Shown here one piece after another: positions 25,800 to 39,350 of a stretch of 64,000 nucleotides of DNA. The first letter of the stretch is position 1, and each line of letters begins with the position of its first letter. Below the pieces are notes generated by a model. It worked only from the letters and a program-made list of their open reading frames with translations, was not told the origin of the DNA and did no database searches. The DNA lies in NCBI RefSeq assembly GCF_006345805.1, contig NC_043006.1, forward strand, positions 99,820,001 through 99,884,000, given 5' to 3'. The translations under genes were made by a program, and so were the position numbers. This stretch comes from Octopus sinensis. Lineage: Eukaryota.

Positions 25800-28116
25800 T
25801 AGTTAAACATAATTAGCTATTTATATCTTACCTTCCACCAAGAAAAAATAACGAGGAGGGAAAGCAAACCGTAATCAGTATATCAATCTATATTTAAAGG
25901 AGTTGTAACAAAGACAAATGTCATTTTTGCAATAGAAACTACGTACTGCCTAACATGTTTGTTGTTTTGTTAAATAACACACTTATTAACTTATTAACAT
26001 AACACTCAGCTATATAACGACCCCAAAATCTTTTGATCAAAATGGATTTAATCCTCTTAGGCAAATATGTTTACATCTTTATACTTCTGCTTTCCCTATG
26101 TCTATCAATATTCAGAGGTCCAAACACGTCATCTATCCGCTTGTATTACATAAGTTTCGCTGAATGTAAAAGATATATATTTCCTCATAAGCTTCTTGAG
26201 CTGAATTACGAAAACAAAAATGTATTTCCTCAGCACCTGCGTGTGTGCTCTAAGCACCAGCCCATGCATCCTGGACATCAGTCTATACGTAACCCATAAA
26301 AATAAGGTCTACTCTATAGATGTAAATAGTGCATTAAAATCCCAACCAATATGATAGCAACTGGTATTATGGATCACAGAGTTCAATTAAGGCACCAATC
26401 TGAAAATACTGAACGTATTACGCAATCTATCACGACTACAACTGGAACAGCATTATCTCATTCTCATATTATCTAAACGAAAGAAAAAGTTACTTTAACA
26501 GTTGTGCATTTTCCTCTCTCGTTGTCTCTCTCTCCCCCTTCCTTCCACTCTCTTCCTCTCTCCCTCTCACTCTCTATCTCTCTCACTCCATATCTCTCTC
26601 CTTCTCTGTCTCTCTCTTTCTCCATACTACTACAACTGTTACTATATTTCTTCCTTTGATCAAACACTTGCTATATCACTACCACAGATAACGTTGACTT
26701 GAAACTCGCCTCCTTCGCTCATCACTCCGTCATATGAAATCTCATTTCCCTGATGCAGTAAAACTTTTGTTCCACCTATTTCTTCCTCGCTAAAACTAAT
26801 CTCTCCCTACCTTTTACAACACTCGCCTAACTGCGACTGCTTTGATTGACACTCAACCACATCGATCATTTTCTATCTCTTATTAACACATTATTCTTAG
26901 TAAAAAAATTTCTACATTTAAAGATATTTCATTTGTTTGACGCAAGATAGGCTATTATGACTGTGAAGACGAAGACTATTTTATGAACCTCATACATTAC
27001 CATCACGTTTTAGTACGGACATAATACAAATCTGCTCGTGGTGCACTTTGGTCGGTAAATGAAAAGGGTTGAATTTAATGAATTAATTACTACGTTCGTC
27101 CCGTCTTTTATTATTTCGGTATATATCCCAAATATTTGCCATGTGTTTGGAACTTACGATTCATCAGTTCAAAATAAATTTTATACCATCCAGAGTAGCA
27201 AAAATTCCAGATAACCTTCAACATTAGGTTCGCCAACATGGACAAGTGTGTTTAAGTACTGCTTCCCTGAAGTGGAAACGGCCATCCGTTAAAACAGGCA
27301 CGCCTTACGAAGAGCAAAATGCCATACACAACCCCCATATATGCTCTTAGAAATGGCAACTATGGATGATGTTTTGTGAAAATTCTTGTTGAACATAAAT
27401 GGCGGTTTGCATGGCTCGGATACTTTTCACGGTGTTTTATGAGTTTCTCCTCATCTAGCCAAAGTTGTATATAAAGTTCGCATACACAGAATATAAATCG
27501 CCAGATTTAAATTTACTTACGTGATAATTTCTTTTATCTATGTCAATACAACCTTACAGAAAGCTTATGTCAAAAAGTACGATTACTTGCAAACTGTTAA
27601 TCTTTTCTAAAAAGAATGAAGAAATATTTATTTCTAGTACGTTTTGATCTATACAACAAAAAGCATTGTTTCGATTTTTATAAATGTTGAAAAGGTTAAA
27701 ATAATGAAAGTAATTTTCGTTTTTCAAGAACAGATAAAATATATTTTTACTGTAATTTATGTCTTGAATGACGACCTTTATAGCAAGTGAAAGAAGAAAG
27801 GACATTTATTAGTGCACGCACAGGAAAATACGAACGCAAATGCATATCTATGATTACATATGCCCACAGTAATTTAAATACACACGCATTTTCTTTGTCT
27901 TATACAAATATAAACTCACTTATACCTCCACTTATATACATACAAATAGGTAGTTACCTATAGATATATGTAGTTAGACTGACAGATTTAAGAATGCACA
28001 CAAGCATACGCACATGTGCATATAGTATATATATATACATGTGTGTGTGTGTGTGTGTGCACACATAAAATGCGACTGCTAGATTTTGCAAGAAATTTGT
28101 TTTTTCTTATATACCA

Positions 28117-28192
<76 letters not shown>

Positions 28193-28613
28193 TTATGTAT
28201 TGAGAAACAAGCCTTTGTTGTATGTCAAAATAATTTTCAATCGATTTCTATTTAACAATATACGTTGCATTGGGTACATTGTTCCCTCAGTATATGTAGT
28301 TTGTCGAAAATTACAAAAACCGATTGCGCTTTCTCTTTCTCGCTTCCGCTCTCTTTCCTTCAGTTAATGTATAGATACGTGTGTATGCACACAAAGATAT
28401 GTACACAGACACATACATATATATGTCCGTGTGTGTGTGTGTCTGTGTCTGTGTGTGTGTGTGCGTGTGTGCGTGTGTGTGTGTTTATATGTGTTTGGCA
28501 TGTGTGCACGTGTATGTAAATATGTATATAAATACAATACGTGTGCATAATTATGTGCACGTACATGTATGTGTATATCCATGCAGAAATAAACACATTT
28601 ATGTGTGTCTGTT

Positions 28614-28655
<42 letters not shown>

Positions 28656-28689
28656 GATATATATACATTATATGCTTTATATATTTATG

Positions 28690-28735
<46 letters not shown>

Positions 28736-28739
<4 letters not shown>

Positions 28740-28920
28740 CCACTACACACATATTTTCTCCTTGTTCTTCTCCTTGTTTCTTTCTGTCTTCCTTTATGTG
28801 GAAGAGCGTAGGCTCGAAACGTTAAAGACTTTTTCAATTGCCGAGCGTTATACTAATATATCTGTTTGTTTTCTACACCGCCTGTCTTCGTCCTTCGTTT
28901 TTTTTTGGTGAATTCTTCCC
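28736..28920 (+). mobile_element. Hammerhead-bearing short repeat (copy 2)
   Basis: cttt ATGTGGA A gagc-gtag-gctc GAAACG TT aaag at 28792-28827; flanks homologous to copies 1 and 3. Confidence 0.72.
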
Positions 28921-29148
28921 CTATATATATATATAGTGTGTGTGTGTGTGTGTGTGTATTTTACCTTGTTTACATTTAACACGGAAAAATAAATAAACAG
29001 TTACCCGGGCAGCAAAAACTCACGCAAGTAATAAGGATGTAACACCCTGTTTGTAAAAGTAAAAACTTTGGATTGATGTGAAATATTTTGTATAATATAT
29101 ATAAATAAATAAATGGAGTTAAACGCCGGTGTTATTCAAATTCCTTTA

Positions 29149-29238
29149 CTTCTGACATATGTTTCGAAGACAACATTGTTATTATTCCAAAGAAATAAAA
29201 TAGTATAAAACAAATTAATCTTCTCATCGGGGAAAGAA
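29149..29238 (-). ncRNA. Hammerhead ribozyme-like motif with long stem II
   Basis: Minus strand: ttctttcc CCGATGA gaagat...gtcttc GAAAC atat GTC agaag. Self-complementary ACAUAUGU stem III, GUC triplet, U4C core change, weak stem I. Confidence 0.55.
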
Positions 29239-30291
29239 AAGAACAAGCCAAACTCATCAATAAAATATTTTAACGGAATATGATGGATGAGAATATGATG
29301 AACGGAACGCTATTAAGTTTTTTTGTATTTAAATCTTTAGAAGTTATAACGTCAAATGTAGCCCATAGAAAGAGAAGGAGTAAAGGAAATAAATAAGCAG
29401 AAAACTAATAAAGGAGAAACATAGAGCGATATGTGAATTAAAATAAAAGTTTAAAGGCTTGGAAATAAATATATCTAGTGGAAGAGAAATGTAAGAAGAA
29501 TATCCCTGTTCAAATTATATAGAATGGTAAATATAACTTATATGAACTAAAGGTATGTTTCTACCAATGTTTACACCGATAAGCACACTCTACAAACGCG
29601 CTTACAAGGGGATTCTTATAAAATAGAATATAAACTAGTTCACTATTACAGAGGTGTCAGAATTCTTTGCCTTTTTCGTATCGGAACGAAATGAAAAGAA
29701 TCAACCAATCTCATTTAAATTGTTGATTATAATCTTTTAGGTACCAAATTAGTTTACTAAGCCCTGTAATGATGCGTTTATTACTATCCCTAAATGTAGA
29801 GTAATCATTAGAAATTTTTTAGATAGCTGAGAAGAAATGCGTATGTAAAAAAAAGACATCGGTACAGTAGCTAATTTTACACTGGTATTTAGTTTTCAGT
29901 TTTAGAATTACTAGACATAAACTTAGTTCTGTTAGATTTGACTTCAGAGACAATAAACTTGGTGTTAATATTTCTAGGGGGATGGTTAGTATTAGCTAAA
30001 TTAATGTTAGTATTAGTAATTGGGTTCTTATTTAGCAGACTAATATTATGTGAAGAGATAATTTGTGAAAGATTTTTGTGTTGGAAAAACCAATCCTAAC
30101 CGTGTGCGAGTTGATAATCGAGTAATACGTAGAATTGTCTGGAAAATTCTTAATAATAGCTTCCCGAAACTGGAAAGGTAGATTAAATTTAATCTGTCTT
30201 TGAAAGATATGTCGGAAGTAACATAATTTGAATAACACCTGTATTTAACTCCATTTATTTATTTATATTATTTATTTATATATATATATTA

Positions 30292-30323
<32 letters not shown>

Positions 30324-30332
30324 CATATATAG

Positions 30333-30369
<37 letters not shown>

Positions 30370-31918
30370 GTTGAGTTGTGGGGATCGCACGAGTGGGATT
30401 ATATATGAAAAAAGGTTTGAAAATGCAATTTAAACGATGTTTATTTACTTAACCGGTTTCACTCTTTGGTAAAAGATTGTCAAAAGTAACATTGAATATT
30501 ATGGGTTCAAAAAAAGTTTTTTACATAATTGTCACATTGAATATTATGAATTCAAAAATGTTTTTTTATACATAATTGTCACATTACATGTATAAATATA
30601 GTATAAAAAAGTTCAATAGTGTGATGAGAATATTTGGAAAAATTGGCAGAAAAGAATAAAACAAATATATTATTGGAAATTTGGTTGCGTTAATTATTGG
30701 TTGTCGCAAATTGTCACATTACATGTATATATATACAGTCTTTGGTAGAAAGGACATGTTAAAGACATAAGGAAGTGTAATAGTTTGGTGAGAAAGCTTG
30801 TAATATTGACAGAGAAAATTAAAATGGATATTTTAGACATCTCAGAATATTTTGAATCGAAGGCGAGAATTTGTTTTTTACTGACCTGTTTGTTTTAGCA
30901 GAAAAGTTGAATTGAGAGAAAAAAAGATATGTACCCAGTTTGGTTTATACTTCCCCTTCAAGCATCAGTGATTTTGGGGTTATTGGGAGGTGAGTATGCG
31001 GGTGTGAATAGATGTGTCCGTGTGCCTGCTGGTCAGACAGCGTCTGTTTGTCACACAGCGTCTGTTTGACAATGAAATGCAGATTGAAATCTCAAAACAC
31101 TGTGACGGAGCACTCCTTGATGAAACCACCAAACTCTGGAGAAAAAACTGCGAGGATGAAGAACTAACATCCCTCCAGCGAATGGAAAAAAACAGCTGGT
31201 TCGCCAATTATGAAACAGAGTTCACAAAGGAACACCTTTCAAGCAACCCATATTTTAAAATGTCTACCTCAACTCACACCCCTCGCCAAAAACAAAGAAA
31301 ACCAACCAAAAACACCGAACACACACACCACCACTAACATCGACAACAACAACAACAGAACTTACAGACAGCACTACAATCCCATCAAAAGAACCGAGAC
31401 ACCCATCATCATCACAAGACAAAACTTTACCAGACAACGTAGACCCCAACCCACACAAGAACCGTTCCAGATTCGGAGATCCTACCCATCACTTAGAACC
31501 CATCTCTGAACTATGATTGTAGATTCCAACCCAAACCGCTCCTAACTCAGAGTTCTCCCCCAACATATAGGAATTCACTTCTAAACCATGAATGTAATTT
31601 CCAACCCACTCTAAGGAACCAACATTACACCCAGGACAAACAACCCAGACCCTGGAATAACCCAAACTCTTCCAGGAGGCCACACCAACAACCCAGACCC
31701 TGGAACAACCCAAACCTCTTCAACAGACAACATATCAACAACGGGGGGACAGAATCACAACAACCAAAACCTCTTCAACAGACAACATATCAACGGGGGA
31801 CAGAATCACATACAGCAAAATACCGCAGATAGAAGAACCCCCAGGATTCCTTTTTTAGGCAAGGGCATCAGTTTCCACGACACCAGATGGTAGATACCAA
31901 CCGGAAAAACCAAAAATA

Positions 31919-34149
31919 GTGAATCTCTCTAACCTAAACCTGTCGACACCACAAATAAAAATCCTTTCAAGAGGACTAAAATTCACCCCAACTCCGCAAT
32001 ACCCTAACCTGAGGGAAATACAGGATGACATCTCACACTTTTGCAGAAAATTACGCCTCACAGAGGAATTTTTTGACAGGAAAACTAATAATAACGACGA
32101 ATCAATGGTCTGTAACAAAAGCAACTATAATCCCATAAAAGGCAAAACAAAACCTTAGACAATTTTGCGATTACATCTCAACTCAACTTCCCTTATGTGA
32201 ACTCCCACAAGCTAAACTCAAACCCAACACCAGTAAAAGAGAATGGGAAATCATCCATACGCTACGAGACAATCATAACGTCACAATAAAGGAAGCTGAT
32301 AAGGGTAGTACGGTCGTTGTTATGAATACTGAGCAATATAAAAACTCTGTATCTCTCCTTGTAGAGGATACCACATACTATGAGAGAGTAGTCGACTACC
32401 AGCAATCCAAAACAATGACCAAACTGAAGGCACTCATTTACCAACACCGGAATGACTTGACAGCAAAGGGATGCGACTACATTACTAAATTTAATTGCAA
32501 AACCAGCACACTCTATGGGCTTCCAAAAATACACAAGAGTCAAATTATCACAGAAGCTTGCAAAAAGTCCACTTCAACCTGCATCACTATACCACATCCC
32601 ACTGATCTCAAACTGAGACCAATAGTGGCAGGCCCAAGTTGTGAAACACACAGACTTAGCAACTTTATAGATATCATCTTAAAGCCAATACTGAAACACA
32701 TTCCAAGTATTGTAAGAGATGACCTGGACCTATTAAATCATCTCCCCAAACATGCCGATAAAGACACCTTAATCGTTTCTTTTGATGTTATTAATCTTTA
32801 CACCACAATCCCACATGAATATGGACTGGAAGCCATTAAATTCTGGCTGGATAAATATCCCAATGAGATCCCGGAAAGAATTAAAAAAGAATTCATAATT
32901 GAGGGCCTCAAATTTATTCTGCAAAACAACTTCATGTGTATTTCCACAACAACACTTACAGACAGGTCTCAGGAACTGCAATGGGTACGAACGTTGCACC
33001 TACCTATGCAAACCTGGTGATGGCCTACCTGGAATCACATATCTATGAAAAATCCAAATATAAGTACGGCCAGTCTTTCCACAAATACCTGTTGGAGAAC
33101 TGGAAACGCTACTTAGATGATTGCCTCATCCTATGGTCCCACACACTCGACCAACTTAAAGACTTCAAAAACCTTATCAACAGTGGTAATAACAACATTC
33201 AATTCACAATGGAATATAGTCAGGACCAACTCCCTTTTCTTGACATCCTAATCATTAAAAAAGGCGTCAACATTGAAACTGACATCCATTACAAACCCAC
33301 TGACTCTAAACAATACCTTCTATTCACCTCCAATCACCCAAAACACACAAAGACAAATATCCCCTTCAACCTAGCGAGAAGAATCTGCACTATGTCTCAA
33401 ATGACACAACACGAAATAGAAGACTCCGGGAACTAAGGGCAATTCTTCTCGAAAGACATTACCCGGCATCACTAGTAGACAACGGAATAGAACGGGCCAA
33501 ATCAATCAACATTCAAGACCTACGAAAACCCAAACACATCCACAGTACAGTAAATAGCCTCCCCTATCTCTCAACACACAACCCAAGGAATGCAGAAGCT
33601 TACACTATTATATACAACAACATTCCACAACTAAATCAAGACCCACGCCTGAAAAAAATACTGGCAGCTCATAAAATAATAAAAAGTAAGAGACAACCTA
33701 AATCCCTAAAAAACCTCCTCACCAACGCAAAATTACAACACACAAACCCACCGCCCACCATCAAAAAATGTGGTCGCCCCAATGCAAGACCTGCATCCAC
33801 CTCATTGAGGGATCGTCGTACAAGTTCCACTCGGACACACATTCATCATAAAAAATAATTTCACGTGCGCATCAAAAAATTTACTCTACGTCATAAGGTG
33901 TGAAGGATGCCACGAAGACTACTTAGGGCAAACGAGCCTTACCCTCAGAGAAAGAATGACAGTTCACCGACAACAACTGAGGGACCCCTCCACAAGACAG
34001 ATACCACTAAGTGGACACTTAGACCTTGTGCACATAATAAGTCCCCCAAATTCTTAGTCTTCCCACTATACCAATGCTCGGACAACACCACAGGCCAAAC
34101 ACGAATAAATAAGGAAGTAATCTTATTCAAAAATACAGACCACAACTAA
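31919..34149 (+). pseudogene. Frameshifted PLE reverse transcriptase + GIY-YIG endonuclease
   Basis: ORF pieces 31919-32158, 32322-33020, 32936-33436 and 33860-34149 join by frameshifts into one PLE polyprotein. Confidence 0.88.
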
Positions 34150-34309
34150 CCACTCTAAAATACTACCCCTGGGCACACATCCAGAGCAGGCACGCAGGAG
34201 CACGCGCACACTCACAGCATATCGTGCGGGCGGGCACATGCGCGCATCGGCACGCATAGGACACACTAGCGGGCATTGACCGCACACATACGTGGCACGC
34301 ACACGCATG

Positions 34310-34547
34310 CATTATATATATGTAGGTTATGTATGTGTGTGAGTGTTGTGTGTGTGTGAGTGTGCACGTTGTGTGTGTGTGTGCGCGTGTGTATATGTAT
34401 GTGTGTGTGTGTGTGCACTGTGTGCGTGTGTGTATGTGTGTGTGTGTGCACGCGTTGTGTGTGTGTGCACTGTGTGCGTGTGTGTGTGTATGTGTGTGTG
34501 TGTGTGAGCATTGTGTACGTGTGTATGTATTTACATGTGTATTTGTT

Positions 34548-34580
<33 letters not shown>

Positions 34581-35597
34581 TGTGTGTGTATATGCATGGT
34601 ATGTGTGTATATGTGAGTACATTGTTTGTGTGTGTGTGCGGTATGTAGAGATATATTTGAGTGTGTACGCTATAGGTTTGTATTTTGTGTGGTTGGGTGT
34701 GTGTGTGTGAATTTTATATATATATGTGTGTGTATGTGTGTGAAAAAATATATGTATGTGCATGTATGTATGTATGTATATGTATATATATATATATATG
34801 TGTATATATATATGTGTGTGTGTGTATGTGTGTGTGTGTATATATATTTTCATGTATATGTGTGTATAAACATGTGCATTATTTGCATGCGCATTGTGTA
34901 TATGTATATTGTATGTATGTGTATTGTATATATATGTGTACAATTAAGTGTATATATGTGTGTGTATGTGTGCATTGTATATATGTATATTGTAAGTGTG
35001 ATATATATACATGAATACATGTATATACGTTGCGTGTATATATATGTATGCATTGTGTATGTATGTTATGTGTGTGTGTGTCTATATATATTATATGTAT
35101 GCGTACGTGTATGTGTATGCATTGTATGTATGTATATTGTGTGTATATGTGGTATATATGTATGTGTATGTAAACACTATTATATGTATATATGTATATA
35201 TGTATATGCATTGTCTATATATATATATATTATATGTATGTATTGCGTATGTATATTGCATGCATATATTGTGTATGTGTATTATATACATGCTGTGTAT
35301 GTGTATTGTATGTGTATATATATACTAGGTGTATTTGTGTGATATTTATATTATGTATATATGTGTGCGTGTGTTGTGTGTGTGTGTGTGTGCGCGTGTG
35401 TGTTGTGTGTGTATGTGTTATATATGTGTGTATATTATATATAAATACATGTTATATTTGTGTGCTGTGTGTATATATTATATATGTGGGTGCGTTGTGT
35501 GTGTGTGTGTTCTGTGGGTGTGTGTTGTGTGTATGTGGGGTGTGTGTGTGTACTATATGTGTGTGTGTGTATTGTTGTTGTGTGGTGTGTATATATG
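34310..35597. repeat. Degenerate (GT)/(AT) low-complexity block inside the PLE
   Basis: Direct reading; source of the C/V/Y pseudo-ORFs. Confidence 0.9.
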
Positions 35598-36166
35598 TGT
35601 GTGACAAACAGACGCTGTCTGACCAGCAGGCACACGGACACATCTATTCACACCCGCATACTCACCTCCCAATAACCCCAAAATCACTGATGCTTGAAGG
35701 GGAAGTATAAACCAAACTGGGTACATATCTTTTTTTCTCTCAATTCAACTTTTCTGCTAAAACAAACAGGTCAGTAAAAAACAAATTCTCGCCTTCGATT
35801 CAAAATATTCTGAGATGTCTAAAATATCCATTTTAATTTTCTCTGTCAATATTACAAGCTTTCTCACACCAAACTATTACACTTCCTTATGTCTTTAACA
35901 TGTCCTTTCTACCAAAGACTGTATATATATACATGTAATGTGACAATTTGCGACAACCAATAATTAACGCAACCAAATTTCCAATAATATATTTGTTTTA
36001 TTCTTTTCTGCCAATTTTTCCAAATATTCTCATCACACTATTGAATTTTTATACTATATTTATACATGTAATGTGACAATTATGTATAAAAAAAACATTT
36101 TTGAATTCATAATATTCAATGTGACAATTATGTAAAAAACTTTTTTTGAACCCATAATATTCAATG

Positions 36167-36211
36167 TTACTTTTGACAATCTTTTACCAAAGAGTGAAAC
36201 CGGTTAAGTAA
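36167..36211 (+). ncRNA. Degenerate hammerhead-like motif in the PLE terminal repeat (mirror copy at 30445-30489, minus)
   Basis: ttactt TTGACAA tcttt-tacc-aaaga gt GAAA CCGG TT aagtaa: 6-bp stem I, palindromic ACCGGU stem III, two core substitutions relative to CUGANGA. Confidence 0.5.
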
Positions 36212-36245
36212 ATAAACATCGTTTAAATTGCATTTTCAAACCTTT

Positions 36246-36283
<38 letters not shown>

Positions 36284-36599
36284 CAACCCTGGCTTGACGT
36301 TGAAGACAGGCTGCGGAGCAATTCAAATTAAAGAAACTAACATGAAACCAACTTGATGACATCGATAAGTGGTGCAATCGTATTCCTAATTCCTAGTCGC
36401 TAAAACATCAACAAACTTCTAAATACTCAATGAAAATACTTTTACCAGGGTCATAATTATAAATAAGAAAGACTAGTAATACTCAATGAGATTGTGATTT
36501 GCCATGCACCATTGCGCCTCTTCGTATTATAATGTGTAACAGTTATATCCCCTCGTTCTAACCTGTTTGTTTTCATCTTCTCTCTGTGTGATAATTTAT

Positions 36600-37330
36600 G
36601 TGTGGTTTCGTATTTGTTTGACTTGTTAATCTAAAAACCCTCAGACAAAATTTTTGTTGTTAAATCTTGTGCAGTCCTACATCCACGGTGCTCTTATTTT
36701 CTTGTTCAGAACAGCACGGCAAATTTTCCGCGAGGTTCCCATGCGATATTTCTTCCGCATCATAGTTACGTAAGTATAATGCATGTTGATTTGTTTCTAT
36801 AAATTCTATCCGGCATTCCCTCTCAACAATATCTTGATGAGAATTTTGAATTGGCTCTTCATTAACCCGCATGTCTGGAATTCAATTTCGATAAGTTTCA
36901 CGGCAGACAACAATTACTCTGCCTACTTTTCCCTGTCGCCATCTGCTGTCAAATTTTCAATAGAATTCATAATATAATAACCACATAAAATTCCTTTACA
37001 ACTAGTTTAGTCTCATCATCTAAGAACTTTATTAATTGCTTAACGATGCGGGTAAATAGTGAGCTTTCACTGTTGCAATAACTATCTGGCTCATAAGGAT
37101 GAATAAACCTGGTTTTGGTTGGATGCAGAAAAGATTCGATTCGTCAACATTATCTGCCAATTTATGTGGGTTATATGGTTGATCTGAAGTATTGTCTACA
37201 AGATATTAATATTCGAATTTTAGGGCTCTTAGCTAGATAATATACTTTTACAGAGAGGCAGAAACACGTTGTAAATCACTCTTTATCACTTCTTATGGTC
37301 CAGCCGTTTTTTGATTGATAACCATATTGC
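36600..37330 (-). mobile_element. Fossil pogo/Tigger-like transposase
   Basis: Minus-strand pieces in the expected order: SKNGW (~ASNGW), YNPHKLADNVDESNLF (~Y.P..I.N.DETGLF), KFDSRWRQ, IQNSHQDIV (~IQP.DQGII). Many frameshifts. Confidence 0.5.
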
Positions 37331-39131
37331 AGGAATAATGGATTTATAGTAAACTTTACTTGCTGCTTGTGTCTTAGAATAATAATACTAAAAAAAAGAA
37401 ACAGCGAATTCAAATTTATTTATCCTGAATCATTGCAGCAATCACGAAAGTCAACCTGTCTCCGGCGGTCTTCAAACCAGGCGAGCTATTAAATATTTTA
37501 GGCATATTCTTTTCTCTTGACAGTAGCCGCCAAAAGAAATTGTGCATCTACACGGCACATGCTACGATACGTTACCTCTGTTGACAATATTCTTCTTCAG
37601 AACATGCAGCTGTTGCTTGCTTGTTGGTGGTTGCAAATTATCCTGTTATCTGTGTGTTAATATACAGACCCTTACTTTGTCTATGTGTTGGAAGGCCCAC
37701 TTTTCACAGACGTTTCTGGCTTACTTATGGTAGCATGTACTTACTATGTACATGCGTTCATGATAGTTTATGTTTGATTGTCAAGTGCTGTTAACAAAAT
37801 GCACTTAAATAGGGTGGTTCATTTAGGACGCAAGGAGTGGGGAAACAGTTGTTCCTTTCGAGTTTGTTGGTATTTCATATTCTTGTGTAATAGAGCAGAA
37901 ACAAGAATATCGTGTTGCGAAGAAATTAGAGACAAATTTTGTCACTTGTATTGTATTACCTTACTGCACTCTTATTCTTATCTGTCTAATGTAGTCTAAC
38001 ACACACACATACACACAAACACACGTACATGTATGTATATATCCATATATGTGTGTTATGTTGGTAGGGATTAAAGAAGCCCAGAGGAATAAACCTCACA
38101 TAAAACTTATGCCACATGAAGCGAAATGTGTAAAGAAATGTGAACTAAAATTCGCCTTCAGCGAATACAAAATGGACGTTTCATACGTATTAGATGAACA
38201 ATACTCATATTCTACTCAACAAAGCGCTTATGCTTTGCTCTGAAATGTTTCCAGTTACCAACGCAGGATGTAAACACTATTTTAGTGGTTAAAAGGACAA
38301 TTATTGAATTCGCAGGTAAATAATGGAGTACCGAGTAGAAAGCTACCAACATTTTACGAAATCGAGAGTGCCGACTAAAGTGACTGATACCGTGAATATA
38401 TGCATCTTATACTGATTTAAAATGGAGCTCCCTTCAATAGTGGGTGCGATCTATATGGGGATAATTCGCTTTTAAAATTCTATAACTATAGTAATTGACG
38501 CGTAATACCTAAAAAAAATGAGTAATATATAATAATCAACTTGTTAGAAATTTCTTCAAAACGTGACAATATATTAAGTTGGAAAATGATTGTGAAGTAG
38601 TTAACTTTCTACATGTAGAATTAGATATACCACAGGCCTTTAACAGCCATTTCAAACACCGTAGAGCAGTAAGCAATCCATCCTGAAGGGTATTTAATCA
38701 AATGTTTTCAAGTCAATCCTGTAATACAGATAATTCCTCCTCAAAGGAGGTCTAATATAATAGAACCTTTGCTACGGTTGGATATATCGAAAAGATATGG
38801 TTTATCCTTGTGTACGTTGTTTTAAATAAAACTACAATGAACTATACTCGAAGCGTAATGATGGGATTCAACGTTAAAATCTGAATTAACATAAGAACTC
38901 CATCAGTTACATATCCCTCGTTCCCATTTAAAGAGATGACGACTAAATAGTGAAACGATAATTCTCTTGAATGAAAGTTGGAATAACTCTATGTTTAAGA
39001 AGAGAAATTGTTTAAAAAGGCTCTAGAACTTTCCCAGAAAAAAAAGCCAACCTACTAACTCACACAAGGTGCCTAAATCTGAGATAAGTTCTAAGATTGA
39101 ATATAGATATGATTTTGTCTTAAAATTTCCT

Positions 39132-39184
39132 TCGTTCGGGCTACTAACCCCAAGATTTCGAGTTCGTTTCCAGGTTGTGACGTG
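39132..39184 (+). mobile_element. Partial tRNA-derived SINE head
   Basis: ggg-ctactaa-ccc anticodon-arm-like hairpin (ACU triplet), then B-box-like gagttcgtttcc. No A box visible; ends at (TAA)n. Confidence 0.5.

Positions 39185-39350
<166 letters not shown>

Larger units (their letters stand above)
30400..36256 (+). mobile_element. Penelope-like retroelement (Neptune-like) with ~658-bp inverted terminal repeats
   Basis: RT motifs LSRGLKFTPTP, IKEADKG, LYGLPKIHK, LRPIVAG, SFDVINLY, GTAMG, RYLDD, LPFLD, KPTDSKQYL. Cys linker CGRPN(C)KTC. GIY-YIG-like LLYVIRC..C..YLGQT. 30400-31057 is the near-perfect reverse complement of 35598-36256. Confidence 0.92.

Noticed and set aside
38255-38315. Plus-strand micro-exon candidate (ccag|...gcag|gtaaat)
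   Set aside because: Weak splice sites and no supporting homology.
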